Assembly (NCBI RefSeq): GCF_004010195.1
Contig: NC_057719.1
Coordinates: 45,502,658 to 45,566,657 of the forward strand
Direction: 5' to 3'
DNA: 64,000 bases
From: Chiloscyllium plagiosum
Taxonomy: Eukaryota
Below are positions 1-13,267 of the stretch, piece after piece. Position 1 is the stretch's first letter. Each line of letters starts with the position of its first letter. The position numbers and the translations under genes are program-made. The notes under the pieces are model-generated. The model worked only from the letters and a program-made list of their open reading frames with translations. It had not been told where the DNA came from and made no database searches.

Positions 1-470
1 AAGGTTCATGAGAATGGTCCCAGGAATGAAAAGCTTAACATATGAGGAACACTTCAGGACATTGGGTTTATATACGATAAAGTTTAGAAGGATGAAGGGG
101 CATCAAATTGAGACTTACAGAATACTGAATGATCTGGACAGAGTGGTTATTGGGAAGATCTTTCCATTAGTGGGAGAGACTAGGACCCAGGGACACAGCC
201 TTAGACTAAAGGGAAGATCTTTTAGAATGGAGAAAGAAGAAACTTCTTTAGCTACGGAGTGGTGAATCTATGGAAGTCACTGCCACAGAAGACTGTGGAG
301 GCCAGATCATTGAGTATACTTAACATGGAGATAGATAGATTCTTAATTGTAAGGAAATCAAGGGTTATGGGGAGAAAGTGGGAAAATGGGATTGAGAAAT
401 GTATCAGACATGATTGAATGGTGGGCTGATAGCCTAATTTCTGCTCCTCTGTCTTATGATCTAATGGTCT
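1..470 (+). mobile_element. CR1 LINE, 3' fragment (ORF2 C-terminus and 3' UTR)
   Basis: RMVPGMKSLTYEE..LGLY...TQGHSLRL, typical CR1 ORF2 C-terminus; frameshifted. Confidence 0.85.
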
Positions 471-489
471 AACCTCATGACCATACAGG

Positions 490-955
490 GTAAAGCAGCT
501 CATTTGATTCACACTCCATCCATCACCTTCAACATTCACTCCTGTCACCACTGATGCACAATGGCAGCTGTGTGTACACTGCAGGAAATCAGCTAAGCTC
601 CTTCAACAGCACTTTCCAAACTGGTGACATCTACAAACCTAGAATGACAAGCGTCATAAAGTCAAGGAGGTCTACAGCACAGGAAAAGGCCCTTTGGCCC
701 AGCCAATTCGTAAGAACACCCCAATACACAGAGGTTCCCACTAAAGCCAATACTACCCTGAGTTGTAAGTATATCACTGCCCCTTCAGTGTCACAGGGCC
801 AAAATCCTGGAATTCCTTCCTTGGCAGCATAATGGATGTACCTCCAACTCAAAGACTGCAGAGGTTCATAAAGACACCTGATCACCACCTTCTCCAGAAC
901 AATTATGGGTGGTAATAAATGCTGGTTAGTTAGCAATACCGACTTCCCATGAATG
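490..955 (+). mobile_element. Family B LINE, degenerate 3' fragment
   Basis: Similar by eye to 22640-23070 (caaaatcctggaattc, caccaccttctc, aataaatgctgg...cccatgaatgaat). Confidence 0.65.
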
Positions 956-2045
956 AATAGAGCAAACTAACACTTACAGGGCTGAAGCCAAGGACTGTAA
1001 ACATTTTCAGACAAGGTTATTTGTACAGTTCAGTGCATTAGCAGCTGGCAGTCTTTTCTCCAATGGGAATTTTATCACATCAAAACTTCATCAAATTTCT
1101 TCAGTGGCATGAAATTATTTGCTTAAATTTATGTTCCACTTCAGAATTTGTCCTTATTACTGAAATGATAAACTGTTGTTAAATTCTATCATTCAGGAAA
1201 TCTGTACAATCAGCACTGTGATCACAAAACTTAAGGGAGAAACCAGATCTAATCCTGAGCATTGTTTCAACATAAACATCTAAAGAAAATACAGATTCAA
1301 TCTGGACTACAATTACAATAACTTTTCAACATTTAAATATATCAGGGATAGTCTGCTGTAAGGGAAGAGGATTTCAATCTAGAGTTAATGAAGACATTAT
1401 TCCAAGTCAGATGGTGTGTGACTTGGAGGGGAATTTATACATGGTAGTTTTCCAATTTACCTTGACCTCTAATTAATAATGTTTGTGGATTTGGAAGTTG
1501 TCATCAAAGGAGACCTGGAGAGTTGCTGCAGTGTATCTTGTATATGGCGCTGAGTCCCTTGATTGATTTTGGAGGAGCATTCACCCACGCAGTTGTGAAG
1601 TATTCTATCACACTCTTGGCTTGGACAATGAAGATGTTGAGCTAGATTTGAGGAGTCAGCAGATGAGTTGTTTTCTAACTTCTGAACTGTTCTTGGAGTC
1701 TTGGAGTCACTGCATTGAAATAATGGTTCCAGTTAAGTTACTGATTATCCCTGGAATGTTCCAATAGTAATGCCATTTAATGTCAAGCTGAGAAGGGTAG
1801 GATCTCTCTTGTTGCAGACTGCAATTGCTGAGCAATTGTGTGGCATTAATATTACTCATCATTGCCCTTTGTTTAAAAACCCCATGGAACTGAAATCCTA
1901 CTTATTACCTTGGTTGCATATTTAAAGCTGCTTTTGAGCAATGGATTATTTTTCACAACACAGGAATGCCAGCCTACAGCTCCCTGCACATATCTGGTTT
2001 GCCCTGCATGCGCAAATACCTTTCATGATGTAGATTGAATCATGA

Positions 2046-2189
2046 CAGTCGAAGTTCTGAGCATAAACTCTTCATATGTTCAGAACTTCGACTTTCCTGC
2101 TCCTCAGATGCTGCCTGACTGTCTGTGCTTTTCCAGGGCCACATTTTTAGACTCTGATCTCCAGCATCTGCAGTCCTCACTCTCTCTTA
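2046..2189 (+). mobile_element. Short Penelope pLTR-derived element with 5' inversion and 16-bp TSD
   Basis: Perfect TSD gtagattgaatcatga at 2030-2045 and 2190-2205. Hairpin agtcgaagttctgagcata/tatgttcagaacttcgact. Body matches the 51421-51510 family. Confidence 0.8.
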
Positions 2190-3289
2190 GTAGATTGAAT
2201 CATGATCACATTAGGAATTGCATTATTCGAAGCAATGGAGTTTCATGTGTACTCATCTGTCTTTACTGATTCACTGACAGTTTAAAAGACAGACAGAGAA
2301 TAATTAATATCTTCTCCATTGATGGAAGGGTGCAGACATCTACTTGAGTACCATTAATTGTAAAACATTAAATCAACTATTAAAAATTGCTTTCTTTTAA
2401 GGGACAAGCAAGAAGATCCTTTATTATTGCTTGATGCTGTAAAGAATCAACTAAATAAATAAATTTGCCAGAGAAGGCTTTAGATAGATTTAGATTTTAT
2501 TGTCACATGTATTCAAGTACAAATGTACAGGAGTTTAGTGAAAAGTGTATAATGTCACCACACACTGCCATCTTAAGTACAAAGGTACTTCAGAACCACA
2601 GACTAGGTACAAAGTAGTAAAAGAAACAAAGTTAAGAAGTTAAACATTACTTTCATAGAATCAGCAACCAATTGGTGTCATAAAGATTGGTAACCTTTGA
2701 CACTTACTCTTTCTTAGTCAAAATGTTTCAAATTGGATAAAAACACAAATTTCCCATTATATGCCAAATTTTCAATCCAAAAACTCCATTGATACAAGTG
2801 AGTTCACAATGTGTGGTATTTTACAGGGACCTGGACCACATGAGCTGTGGGAATCATGTGAGAGGTACAGCAAGACCTGTCTCAAAGTAGTGAGCAACTC
2901 ACTGCATCTTTTATGCATCTGAGCAGTGGTGTAGTGAGTTTCTCACTAGGCAGTGGTGAGCTGTCAGTTAAAGGAATTATTGCTTGTTAAATGGCTTATT
3001 AACACCCCGACTTTCCTCATTCATATTCAGCTTCCGAACGCACCAAATGCGCTGAGCAAGTGCCACAGAGAAATCATTTCAGATACCTGATGACTTCAGC
3101 TCACTGGCGCTCAGGACCAAACAACAGCTTGGGGCACGATTGTTGGCCACTGGCCATGCATATCCTAGATCCACAGACACTGGCATCTGATATTAGCCAA
3201 ACTCTCATGATCCTTCTGGCAACTGTCCAATATATCGGCAGGGCATCCTGGAAGCACAGGGAGCATCATCAATTAGATTCAAAGGTCAT

Positions 3290-4135
3290 GGAGTCATGAA
3301 GTCATACAGCATGGAAACAGACCCTTCAGTCCAACCAGTCCATGCCAACCATCTCCCCAAAGTAAATTAGACTCATCGGCTTGCAGGTCTTCCCCATTCC
3401 TGAACTTATCCAAATGTTTTTTAAACATTGTAACTGTATCCACCACTTTCTCTGGCAGTTCATTCCACACACAAATCACTGTCTATGAAAAAAGATTGCC
3501 CCTCATATCCTTTTTAAATCTTTCTCCCCTCACCTTAAAAATATGACCTCTAGTTTTAAACTCCCACACTCGAGGGAAAAGACCTTTGTCATTCATCTTA
3601 TCTATGCCCCTCATGATTTTATAAACCTCAATAAGGTCACCATTCAACTTTCTAAATTCCAGTGAAAAAAGCCCCAGCCTTTCCACTCCACTTTTATATC
3701 TCAAACCCTCTATTATCAGCAACGTAATGTAGTCATAGAGTCCTAGAGATGTACAGCACGGAAACAGACTCTTTGGTCCAACTCATCCATGCCGACCAGA
3801 TATCCTCACCTGATCTAGTCTCATTTGCCAGCACCAGACCCATATCCCTCCAAATCCTTCCTATTCATATACCCATCCAGATGCCTTTTAAATGCTGTAA
3901 TTGTACCAGCCTCCACCACTTCCTCTGGCAGCTCATTCCATACACCTCTGCATGAAAATGTTGCCCCTTAGGTCTCATTTATATCTTTCCCCTCTCACCC
4001 TAAACCTATGTGCTCTAGTTCTGGACTTCCCCACAGCAGGGAAAAGACCTTGCCTATTTATGTCCTGATAAATATTTTCTAAACCCTCTCCAGTTTAATG
4101 ATATCCTTCCTATAACAGGGAAATTAGAACTGCAG
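3290..4135 (-). mobile_element. Two CR1 3' fragments
   Basis: ERLGLFSLEFRKLNGDLIEVYKIMRG...TRGH on the minus strand, with (gagtcata)-type tails at about 3290 and 3730. Confidence 0.85.
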
Positions 4136-4399
4136 GCTGCTACAGGGACACTTTAAACACAGAGACATGCATTCAGCTCATGGATTAGACCAGGCTGCAT
4201 CTTGGGACTGCGTGCTTGCTCTCTTAGTGCTCGCTCACTTAGCACTTACCTGCCTGCACACAGCATCCTTGCCTTGCCTTGCTGTGCAAATTAGTGCAGT
4301 CACACACCAAGGCAACTTGTCTTGCTGGTTCACAATCCTCAGTCAAGGGAGTGGTTCATTTTGTTTAAAGCAATGTGTCACACCAATCTCATCTCCACC

Positions 4400-4650
4400 A
4401 TAGATTTAAAATAGATGTCAGAGGTAGGTTCTTTACTCAGAGAGTAGTTAGGGCATGGAATGCCCTGCCTGCCAATGTAGTTAACTCAGTCACATTAGGG
4501 GCATTTAAACAGTCCTCGGATAAGCACATGAATGATGATGTAGGGGGTAGTGTAGGGGGGTGGGCTCAGATTAATTCGCAGGTCGGCGCAACATCGAGGG
4601 CTGAAAGGCCTGTTCGGTGCTGTATTGTTCCATGTTCTATATTCTATGTA
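4400..4650 (+). mobile_element. CR1 3' end
   Basis: RGRFFTQRVVRAWNALP, then a 3' UTR with gggctgaaaggcctgt and a (ttctat) tail. Confidence 0.8.
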
Positions 4651-5689
4651 CCAGCAGCTAATGTGGAAAACACGCTGCATTTGCAGCAAGCAACAAGCCA
4701 TATCTTGAAGTCTTAGGGGAGAAGTCCTCACCAAAGTCCATGGATGCAACAGTCAGTTTGGGGTCTGGGCACAGTAAATCAAGTACAGGCTCCAATACCA
4801 ACCCAGGGGATTGCCCACGTCAGGTTGGGGTGTTCTCGGTCAGGGGCCCAGTGTTTCCGTAATCCGGGGAATGGGTTGCAATCAGTCCTGTGGCTCCATA
4901 GTTGCCGGTCTAGAGGGTAAGGTTAACCCAAGCAGGGAGATGTACAGCCGCTTCATCTTCTCCTGGGGCTGTCTTGTTGGGTTACTCAATGGGGTGGGCT
5001 GCCATCAGTCCATCGAGTCCTTCCTCAAAACAATGGGAAAAGGGATGGGGGAGGCAGAAACAAGAGGGTTGGTGCTGTGGAAAGAAGATTTGGGAAGCTA
5101 TTTTTGGGAATTAGGGCTTGCCTGCACCACTTCAGGCAACAATACCTAATCTTCATACCAAAAACAGGTCATAATCCAAACTGTAAAAACAATTGAAATT
5201 AAATAAATGAATTACACACCTTACATCACAATGAGATTCCTTGGGAACTTAACCATGGTCTATAAATTTAAGGCACAGTCAAAAAGAAGAAATTGCCTCA
5301 CTTGAAAATACAGGGTACTCGAAGGAAGAAAGTTCGCGTGTCAACAGAGCAATCACCTACCATGAGGAACATTCATAAGGTTAAGAGTCATCCAAACCGT
5401 TCTGTGAGGCCACTGCCGGAGTTATCAGGAAATGTTTCCTTTGCAAAGGAAATTCAGGGGTTCAAACATTTTCCAGATCCTCCTTAAAGTAATCAACCAA
5501 CTATCAGGTTTGCAGGAGCAACAGCCTCTGTGAAGAACATCAAAGAGATTTAACATCCTCCACTGGAGAAATTATTTATAGAAGTTCAGAATCAAGATCA
5601 AAAGTCCACAAGACCATCTTACAATTCAGAAGAGGTGTGTTCTGGAAGATTTATGGAACATCCAGACTGCCTGAACTTGTGAACAAAAT

Positions 5690-6272
5690 GTGTCATTCAG
5701 CTCAGCCAATGCGCTAAAGGTGTAAGGTTAGAGTCTGTCTGTGTCCCAATCATGAATCAGACTGGTTCTATTTCTAAGGTGGGATTTACAGAATTGACTG
5801 TAGGTTATGCATTTTTTGAGCAAAATAAAATATAATTCTACAAATGCAGATTCACCCTATAAATTTATGTGTGTGTGTGTGTGTGTGCGTGGTGCAGTGG
5901 GGTTACCTTGTGTGTGTGTGTGCAGGAGGACAGAGTGAGTGTGTGTATGTGAGTGTGTGCGAGTGGGTGTGAGTGCATGTGAGAGAGTGTGTGTATGTGT
6001 GTGTGTAATTTTGGTAAAGTATGTATGTGAGTATTATGGGGTATAAGCCTGTGAGAGAGTGCATTCGTGGGTTTGATTTTAGGGTTGTATGTGTGTACGT
6101 GTGAGAGAGAGCTTGCGTATGAGAGAGGGTGTGCGTTCGTGTTTGAGTATGTAGAAGTGTGTTTGTGTGTGTGTGTGTGTGTGTATAAGGGATTGTATAG
6201 TGCAGTGGGGTCACCTGTGGTGTGACACGAACTCAAGGTCCCAGTTGAGGCCATCGTTATGGGTACCAAACT
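5690..6272 (-). mobile_element. Penelope-like element 3' end with (CA/GT)-rich tract
   Basis: Minus strand near 6272-6210 reads KFGTHNDGLNWDLEFVSHHR*, resembling the GLN C-terminal motif of Penelope GIY-YIG ORFs, followed by degenerate (GT)n at 5868-6184. Confidence 0.55.
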
Positions 6273-6840
6273 TGTGAAGTCAGAGTCTTGGCAGGGAGTT
6301 GAGGTAGTCAATATTGTTATATTCCTGAATTTACAGATGTTAATTTTGAGAAAAAAAAGCTTGGACTTTAAGCATTACATAGGATAAAACTTCTGAAAGT
6401 TAAAGCTGCATCAAATTCCACTTTATCTGATAATGCCACACAATCATTGAGTAGAGAAGAAGCGATCGAGCACAAAGTCCTGATAGGATCGATGTGTATT
6501 TCTAGTTCCTAATAGTCTTCCACCCTAACTAATGAATGAATCTTGTATAATTTGCTATCATGCAGCAAGCTACATTCTACTGTTAAACCAAGTGACTCTT
6601 TTCATTGAGATTCAGTTGTGGTATAGCCTTTACTACTACTAATTACCTTGCTCCTTTGACTCAATCTAGTGAGGAAGATTGATTCTCTGACCTTGCCTTC
6701 TTTTAGAGGAGCTATAGGATTTACTTTACTCTGACTGACTGGAATTTAATTGCTTTTAGAGTTGACTCAACTTCTCTTCAAAATATTAATGTTGGTGCAG
6801 ATGGGGAGCTGTCTGAATGAGTAGGCTGAACAATGGGTAT

Positions 6841-6970
6841 CCTGATGAAGGGCTTTTGTCCAAAACATCAATTTTCCTGCTCCTCAAATGCTGCCTGACC
6901 TGCTGCGCTTTTCCAGAACTACTCTAATCTTGACTCTAGTCTCCAGCATCTGCAGTACCCGCTTTCTCCT
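6841..6970 (+). mobile_element. Short Penelope pLTR-derived element with decayed hammerhead core
   Basis: ctgatga-agggcttttgtcc-aaaacatc followed by the family body. Confidence 0.75.
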
Positions 6971-7064
6971 AGAACAGTATGTAGATTTAGTGGCGTCACG
7001 AGAGTTGGGGTGAGGTAGAGCAAGTGAGGGAATTGTGGACAATAATCAAAATGGTAAAACATGA

Positions 7065-7236
7065 AATAAAAATTCCAAAGAACTGCAGGTACTGGAAATC
7101 AGAAATTGCTGGAAAAACACAACAGGTCTGGCCGCATCCGTGGAAAGAAAGCAGAGTTAACGTTTCAGGTCTAATGACTGAAGAAGGATCCTGGAATGTT
7201 AACTTTGCTTTCTCCCCACACATGCTGTTTTCATTC
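7065..7236 (-). mobile_element. Fold-back pLTR-derived element (second subfamily)
   Basis: TSD atggtaaa(a/g)catga at 7051-7064 and 7237-7250; internal inverted arms. Confidence 0.7.
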
Positions 7237-9230
7237 ATGGTAAAGCATGACTCCTCGGTACAGGAGCAGAGATTGTGTGAGGTATCAGAGGGCAGATGGT
7301 GGAACTTACCCTGACAGAATGGAGAAGGACATTTACCTTATTCTTACAGTGCTGGGCCTTCCTCCAGATAGCTACTGGCACTTTAACATGGGTGGCAATC
7401 TCAGGCCAGGCTGGCCTGATCTACTGTTGTGACATTCACTGCTGGTCCTGAGAGAGAAGCAAGTCCTGCATCAGCACCACCCTGACCCGTAAGACCTCCA
7501 GGACTGTGCCTGCTAAATGGGGCACCGATTTACCCCGGTTACCATGTGCGGGGCAAATGCCCGAAACCATGCAGGACAGCTCCAGCCTGACAGTTCTTGT
7601 CCAGGTGCACAATAAGCTTTTCAATATGGTGTGGACACAATGGATGTCAGGGAATTTGAAGATATCTGCTGATTTGTTGTGTGAACAGTGCAGGGTAAGA
7701 TGCAGTGGAAGTCGGACTGAGAGTTACCATAGAGGCTTTTGTCAGCTAATTAATGAGGTCAGTTTGGTAAAATACGAAAGAAGAACTCGCTAGACCTTGC
7801 AACGACAAACCCTATCAAAAATGTCAATGTAACTTGGACTTCTGTTCATTGAATGGTGTCTGCATCTGTACCAGTGATGGAATTGATGAAGGCTGATGTA
7901 GAGGTAGCAGTTATGGGTGCTGTTCTTGGCACCTCTGCCATAATTGCCACCTCGAAAATGCATGCAAAGGCAGTATTCATCCAAAAGACCCTGCAGGCAG
8001 TGTACCTGGTCGTAAAGAAGGGCTCACTAAGGGTGGAATGTTTCTGCCAGTAGATCCTCTGGAGGCTGTTGTGCAGAGGATTATACTATCAAACATCCTT
8101 CCCTTTGGTCCACTGAGCTCCTCCTCATACATTTTCACAAACTAAGGAGATAAGGCCAGGGATGTGCCTAAATTGTTTGATCTCAGGGAGACCCATCTCT
8201 GCTATATTTACTCCTTAAGATGCCAAACAGCTTTACATTCAGTTGACCTGAGAGGAGGTTTTCGAGACGGCTTTGACATGTTGCACATGGGGGCTGCCTA
8301 CTGTATGTATTGGATGTTAGATGGCACGTGGTGCCATGGGCATGTCAGAAAGAACTGCTTGACTTCCAAAGCTGCCAATGGATGTGGTTGGCACAACTGT
8401 AGTCTCTGGAGTGCATCATGACCACACCTAAAATTATATTTTAATTTGAATTTGTAAGTTTCCCTTGAAATTTGGGATCTTTGTTACTGCACTCTTTAGG
8501 GACTGTCAGTGCCAATTTTATTTATTTTCACCACCTAATGATTTTAAAAGTAGTAGAAAGGAGTTCTGGTTGCAGCATTGTACCCGAGTGGTTAGTACCA
8601 CAACATGGCTGTTGGAAAGCTCCCCGCCCAATGCTTCTTTCACCATAGTATCAGCCCTCCCACTTCTCACGCTATCTCCAAGGGCTAACAAAGTCCAACC
8701 AAGTCTGCCTCTTGCGATAATTCATCATATGAGTTTGGATATTTCATAAGTGACCTAAATTATGCGTTCATTTATATCCATGCACATACACATTTTGGAA
8801 TACAGCCAAGATTGGAACTTGATCTGGTTTCCCTCACTCAAAGCCAGTAACATTGTCATCAATTGGAACTCTGAGGTCAGAGAACACAGGTCAGGGGTAA
8901 AACATGAGATCTCTCCTGTGTGCAGCTCAGTATAAATCATGAAAATTGTGCATTTGGTGGCTAATGTTCATGTTTATGAAATATATTTCATTGTTATGTG
9001 TCTGATCCAGCTTATTCCTGATCAAACATGGTTGGAATACATTTAAAGTAATGTTAATTATTCAAATGCAGGCTTATGTTCCCAGATCCAGGTGATTTTG
9101 CCAGAGATTTGTGAGCAAAGGAGGCAGTTACACCTGTCTTGGAGCAGCATGCACTCAGTCATTACTTGTATTGAATAGGATAGAGAGGATATTCTAATCA
9201 GGTATTCCAGGCATCAGAATGGTGTTCTGC

Positions 9231-9482
9231 TGTAACCTTGCAGCTCACTGGAGGCAGTCCCTCAGTGGCAAGCTTGAGACCATCCAAGTTGGAGGCTCCA
9301 CGTGCTATTGATGGTGCTGGTCCAATCAGGAAGCCCTGGCTAACAGGTACAAACAAGAGTGCCAAAGGTTCTGTTCACTCTGAGAGCTAGCTCTGAGGAA
9401 GTCAGACTGTTGTCAAATACTTTGCATGTGTAAATAAAAGGTGACTTGGTGAAGGGGTACAGGCCTCTGTGAAGTTAGTTCG
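9231..9482 (+). mobile_element. Short LTR-like element; related partial copy at about 11500-11610
   Basis: Starts TGTAA and contains CCAAT and AATAAA. Shares gctctgaggaag...tgtcaaa...ggtgaaggg..ac..cctctgtg..gtta with 11518-11608. Confidence 0.5.
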
Positions 9483-10275
9483 GTAAGCTTCCAAGAATGC
9501 CTCCATTTTGAGGCAATCTCATGCTGTCCTTCCTGCCTTAGGAACACTTGCTTCTCCTATTGGGAGGGCTGGTATTCCAAAGCTCTGGGCACGCTTCCTG
9601 TGCCTTCAGTTTCAGGAACCTGCCCACCATCTTCAATTAGATAGGGTTATCAGAGGCAGTCTGTTATTGGGTTATCTCTAAGACCATGCAGTGAGTTATA
9701 ACTCAGTCCATCAGGATTGGGAGGCATAGTTGTCCTCAATGGTAGGGTGCAGTCAGATTCCATCCACTGATACCAGGGATTGGCTGTTATGTAAAATGGA
9801 AATACTACTCTGATACAGTACAGATTGCAATTCTGAAACTTGAGTAAAGACACAGGAATATTCTTGCATCTTCCAGTTCCACGACTGTAATTTTGCCTGA
9901 AGTGTGGCAGTTTCCTTCACGTTTCAGACAAAATTACTGCAGGCACAGTGGGATCAGCGTAGTGAATATTCAGTGGAAGTCATTTGGTTGATGGTGCCCT
10001 TGGTGCATCAGCTCACAGGGTGTCAGTGTAAATCAGCAATCACAGGGCTGATGGGCCGACAGGACATGGAATGAGTAAGGAATTGGCAGCACAGTTTTGG
10101 TTGACTCATCATTGTATCACTATCCCTCAGAAACATAATCCAAAAATAAACTATTCTGTTTCCAGTATATATGGTAGCAACACCCAATTCTTACCACATT
10201 TCACAATCATCCACTGTCTCTCTAAATTGTCTGACACTCTGGCCCAGATGGTCAAACATTTCCTCCTATTTAATA

Positions 10276-10449
10276 ACAAACAACAAAAATTCAGCAGGTC
10301 TGGCAGCATATGTGGTGAAAAAGTAGGGTTCAGGTCCAGAATTGGACTGAAACTGTGATTTTTCTCCAAACATGTTGCCAGATCTGCAGATGTTTTCTAG
10401 CAATTTCTGCTTTAGTTTCTGATTTCCAGCATCAGCAGTTCTTTGCTTT
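10276..10449 (+). mobile_element. Fold-back pLTR-derived element
   Basis: 18-bp TSD atttcctc(c/t)tatttaata at 10258-10275 and 10450-10467; inverted arms. Confidence 0.7.
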
Positions 10450-12559
10450 ATTTCCTCTTATTTAATATTGAGAAGACCAAAACTATTGATGTGGGTCTCT
10501 GATACAAAATCAGTTCCCTAACCACCAACTCTGCCCTTCTTTTTGACCACAGTCTGAGCCTGAGCCAGACTGATCAAGACTTCCGCATCATATTTCACCC
10601 TGCAATTAGTTTACAAACTCATATCTGAGCCAACATTGCCACGTCTATAGCAATGCCCAATTTTGCCTCTGCCTCTGCCTATCTGCTACTGAGACCTTTG
10701 TGCACAGCTTTGTTACTTCTAGACTTGATTAAACCATTGCTTTCCTCGCTAGCCTCCCACATTCGACCCTCCATAAGTTTGAGATCATTCAAAACTGTGC
10801 TGCTGTGCTCTTACATGCACTGTATCCTAATCAACTGACACCCACCTGCTCACTGACTTACATTGCTGTAGGTTAAGCAATGTCTTAATTTTAAAATTCT
10901 CCTCCTAGGTTTCAAATCCCTCCAGGTCCTCCGTTCTCCTTCTTATCCTTGTGGGTTTCTTCGGTCTTGTAATTCTTTGTGATATCTGCTCTTCTCTAAT
11001 TCTGGTCACTGGAGCACCCCCAATTTTAATGTCTGCATCATTGGTTGTCAATTGTCCAGACATTAAGTTCCAGAATATTCTTCCTAAACGTCTCTCACTC
11101 TGCCACTCTATCTCAATAAGGTACACTCATAAAGGTACACTCTTTGACCAAACTGATGGTATGTGCCATGTCTCTTCTTGTAAGGTTCAGTGTCAAATAC
11201 TGCATAATTTCGCACATCTTTGTTATCTGGATGCTGTTACAGACAAATTTGAAGGAGTGAAGAAGTTTTTATCTTTCATTCCTGAGGATGACTATAACAC
11301 AACCTGATTTTTTTTAAACATATGCTTTTTACAATTAGATATGTACTGGCCATGTGTAAAGCTACGAAGACACAAACAAGCCAGATCTCTAGTAATAGAA
11401 GGTAAACATTTAGTTTTACTTTAAAATTAAAAATGTATTTACTTAAAAGTATGAACAGTATTAAAAGGTAACAACACATACACAGTGGCATACAACAAAA
11501 AGGATCAGTGACAGTTGGCTCTGAGGAAGCTGGATCAGTGTCAAAGACTCTTTGCAAGTGAATGCAGCCTGACTAGGTGAAGGGATACCAACCTCTGTGG
11601 AGTTATTCAAGTGCTGTGGTATTTTAAGTTATTTTTAAAAGAATCTCTATTTTTGTGATGTGCTCTAACTTGTAGCAAAAATAGAATTTCAAGTTGACAA
11701 AACTGTAGCGAGAGTACTACAGGCCTTCTGCAGCCAACAGTGGAGTTTATACTGATACTTTTCACAAGGGGGTGCCGTTTTGACTATGCGATAACTGGCT
11801 ATTGGCACACAATAGAGGCACTCCATATGAACAAAGGAGTCACAGTCCACTATTCTCAAAACTATCCACATGGCATTGAAACAATATGCCTTGGTAAAGT
11901 CACTTTTGTCTTTGGCTGTTACGTAGTGCCTACTGTCGGTTTCAACTACTTTAATATAAATCGATTTCTTTGCAGTGTGGCTTAAATATCCATTTCATAA
12001 TTTGCTTGCAAGTCAGGTGATTTCTTTGGCTATTTTTAAGTACGGTCTTCTGGCTTTTCTTCAACGATGAATTCAGATCGTACTATGGCAGCTGAATAAT
12101 TCAATACAGTTAATAAAGCTGAAACAAAAACAAACAGTTGCTGACCGGGCAGCAACTAAACTGTTATAACCCTTTTTTTTACTGAAAGAAGTTTGCTTTC
12201 CTTAGCTGGACTAACCAATATGTCACCCCGGACACCAGAATGGGGTTGATTTTTAACTGGTTGCTGAAGTACTCTAGCAAACCACTTTTTATATCAAATT
12301 GCTATGTAAATATCTAATTAGAGTAATACTGGCAGAACACATGGCATCAACTGAGGCACTATAATTAAAGACACAGCTGACTCAGCAGAATCCACAAAAT
12401 CCTCTTTACTTTTGTTCCAAAATTGGGAGACCTATCCCACAGAAAGGAATAGTGACTGACAGAAGTGGCCCAGAGCTTATGGTAAGTGCAAAGCAGAGGT
12501 ATAGGCTTAAAGATACATTGCACCCTTCTCTGTGGGTTGCAGAGACAGCTTGCTCACTT

Positions 12560-13026
12560 GGCTGCAAACACACACCAAGACAAACATCAACTGCACCTCG
12601 AGGACCATGAACTCAATGAAAGACACTCTTTGGTCTGCCCGAAGCTTATTGGTCTTTGAGAACAAGGAGTTGACCTCGACCAAGTGTTGCAGACTGGAAA
12701 ATTGCAAGGTCCAGGAGTACATGCTGAGGGTTGCACTAAAGCTTGGGGCAGCTGCTGCCAAGGCACAATGGGGAAAGTCCACTGTTTGAGGACTTTCTGC
12801 TGAAGTTAAAAGTGGATCCACTTAATTACTGAATCATCCTCATGCCTCAAATGCATATAAATATAGTCTAATTCAAGTAAGAGATGTTTTTGGCTTTTTT
12901 GAATAGAGTCAAACTCCAATGCTTGTTTGTTTCCTTGATATGCTACTGTACAGAATTGAACTGGGTTTGTGACCATATATATAAATATATTTTATGAATA
13001 AAATATATTTTTGAAATAAAAAAAAA
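12560..13026 (+). mobile_element. Tx1/L1-clade LINE 3' end with A-rich tail
   Basis: KDTLWSARSLLVF...LKLGAAAAKAQWGKSTV* then a 3' UTR ending aataaaatatatttttgaaataaaaaaaa. The same ends occur at 16310-16495 and 42523-42839. Confidence 0.7.
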
Positions 13027-13074
13027 GTAGATTCTTCAGTGATGTAATAGGGGAGACCCTGCATCATGATGAAG

Positions 13075-13267
13075 ATCAGAGTGGTACTGGAAAAGCACAG
13101 CAGGTCAGGCAGCATCCGAGGAGCAGGAAAATCGATGTTTCGGGCAAAAGGGCTTTTGCCCAAAACGTCGTTTTTCCTGCTCCTCGGATGCTGCCTGACC
13201 TGCTGTGCTTTTCCAGCACCACTCTAATCTAGACTCCGATCTCCAGCATCTGCAGTCCTCACTTTCA
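13075..13267 (+). mobile_element. Fold-back pLTR-derived element, palindromic (arms about 78 bp)
   Basis: Inverted repeat 13073-13230 centred near 13151. TSD cctgc(a/g)tcatgatgaag at 13058-13074 and 13268-13284. Confidence 0.85.

Noticed and set aside
4710..5640. Possible Gypsy pol remnant
   Set aside because: No diagnostic motif could be recovered by eye.
5865..6311. His/Thr-rich ORFs
   Set aside because: Translation of (CA)n-like repeats.
13073..13230. miRNA hairpin, MITE or CRISPR-like repeat
   Set aside because: Arms are inverted copies of a Penelope pLTR with a long TSD, one arm is truncated, and there is no repeat-spacer structure.
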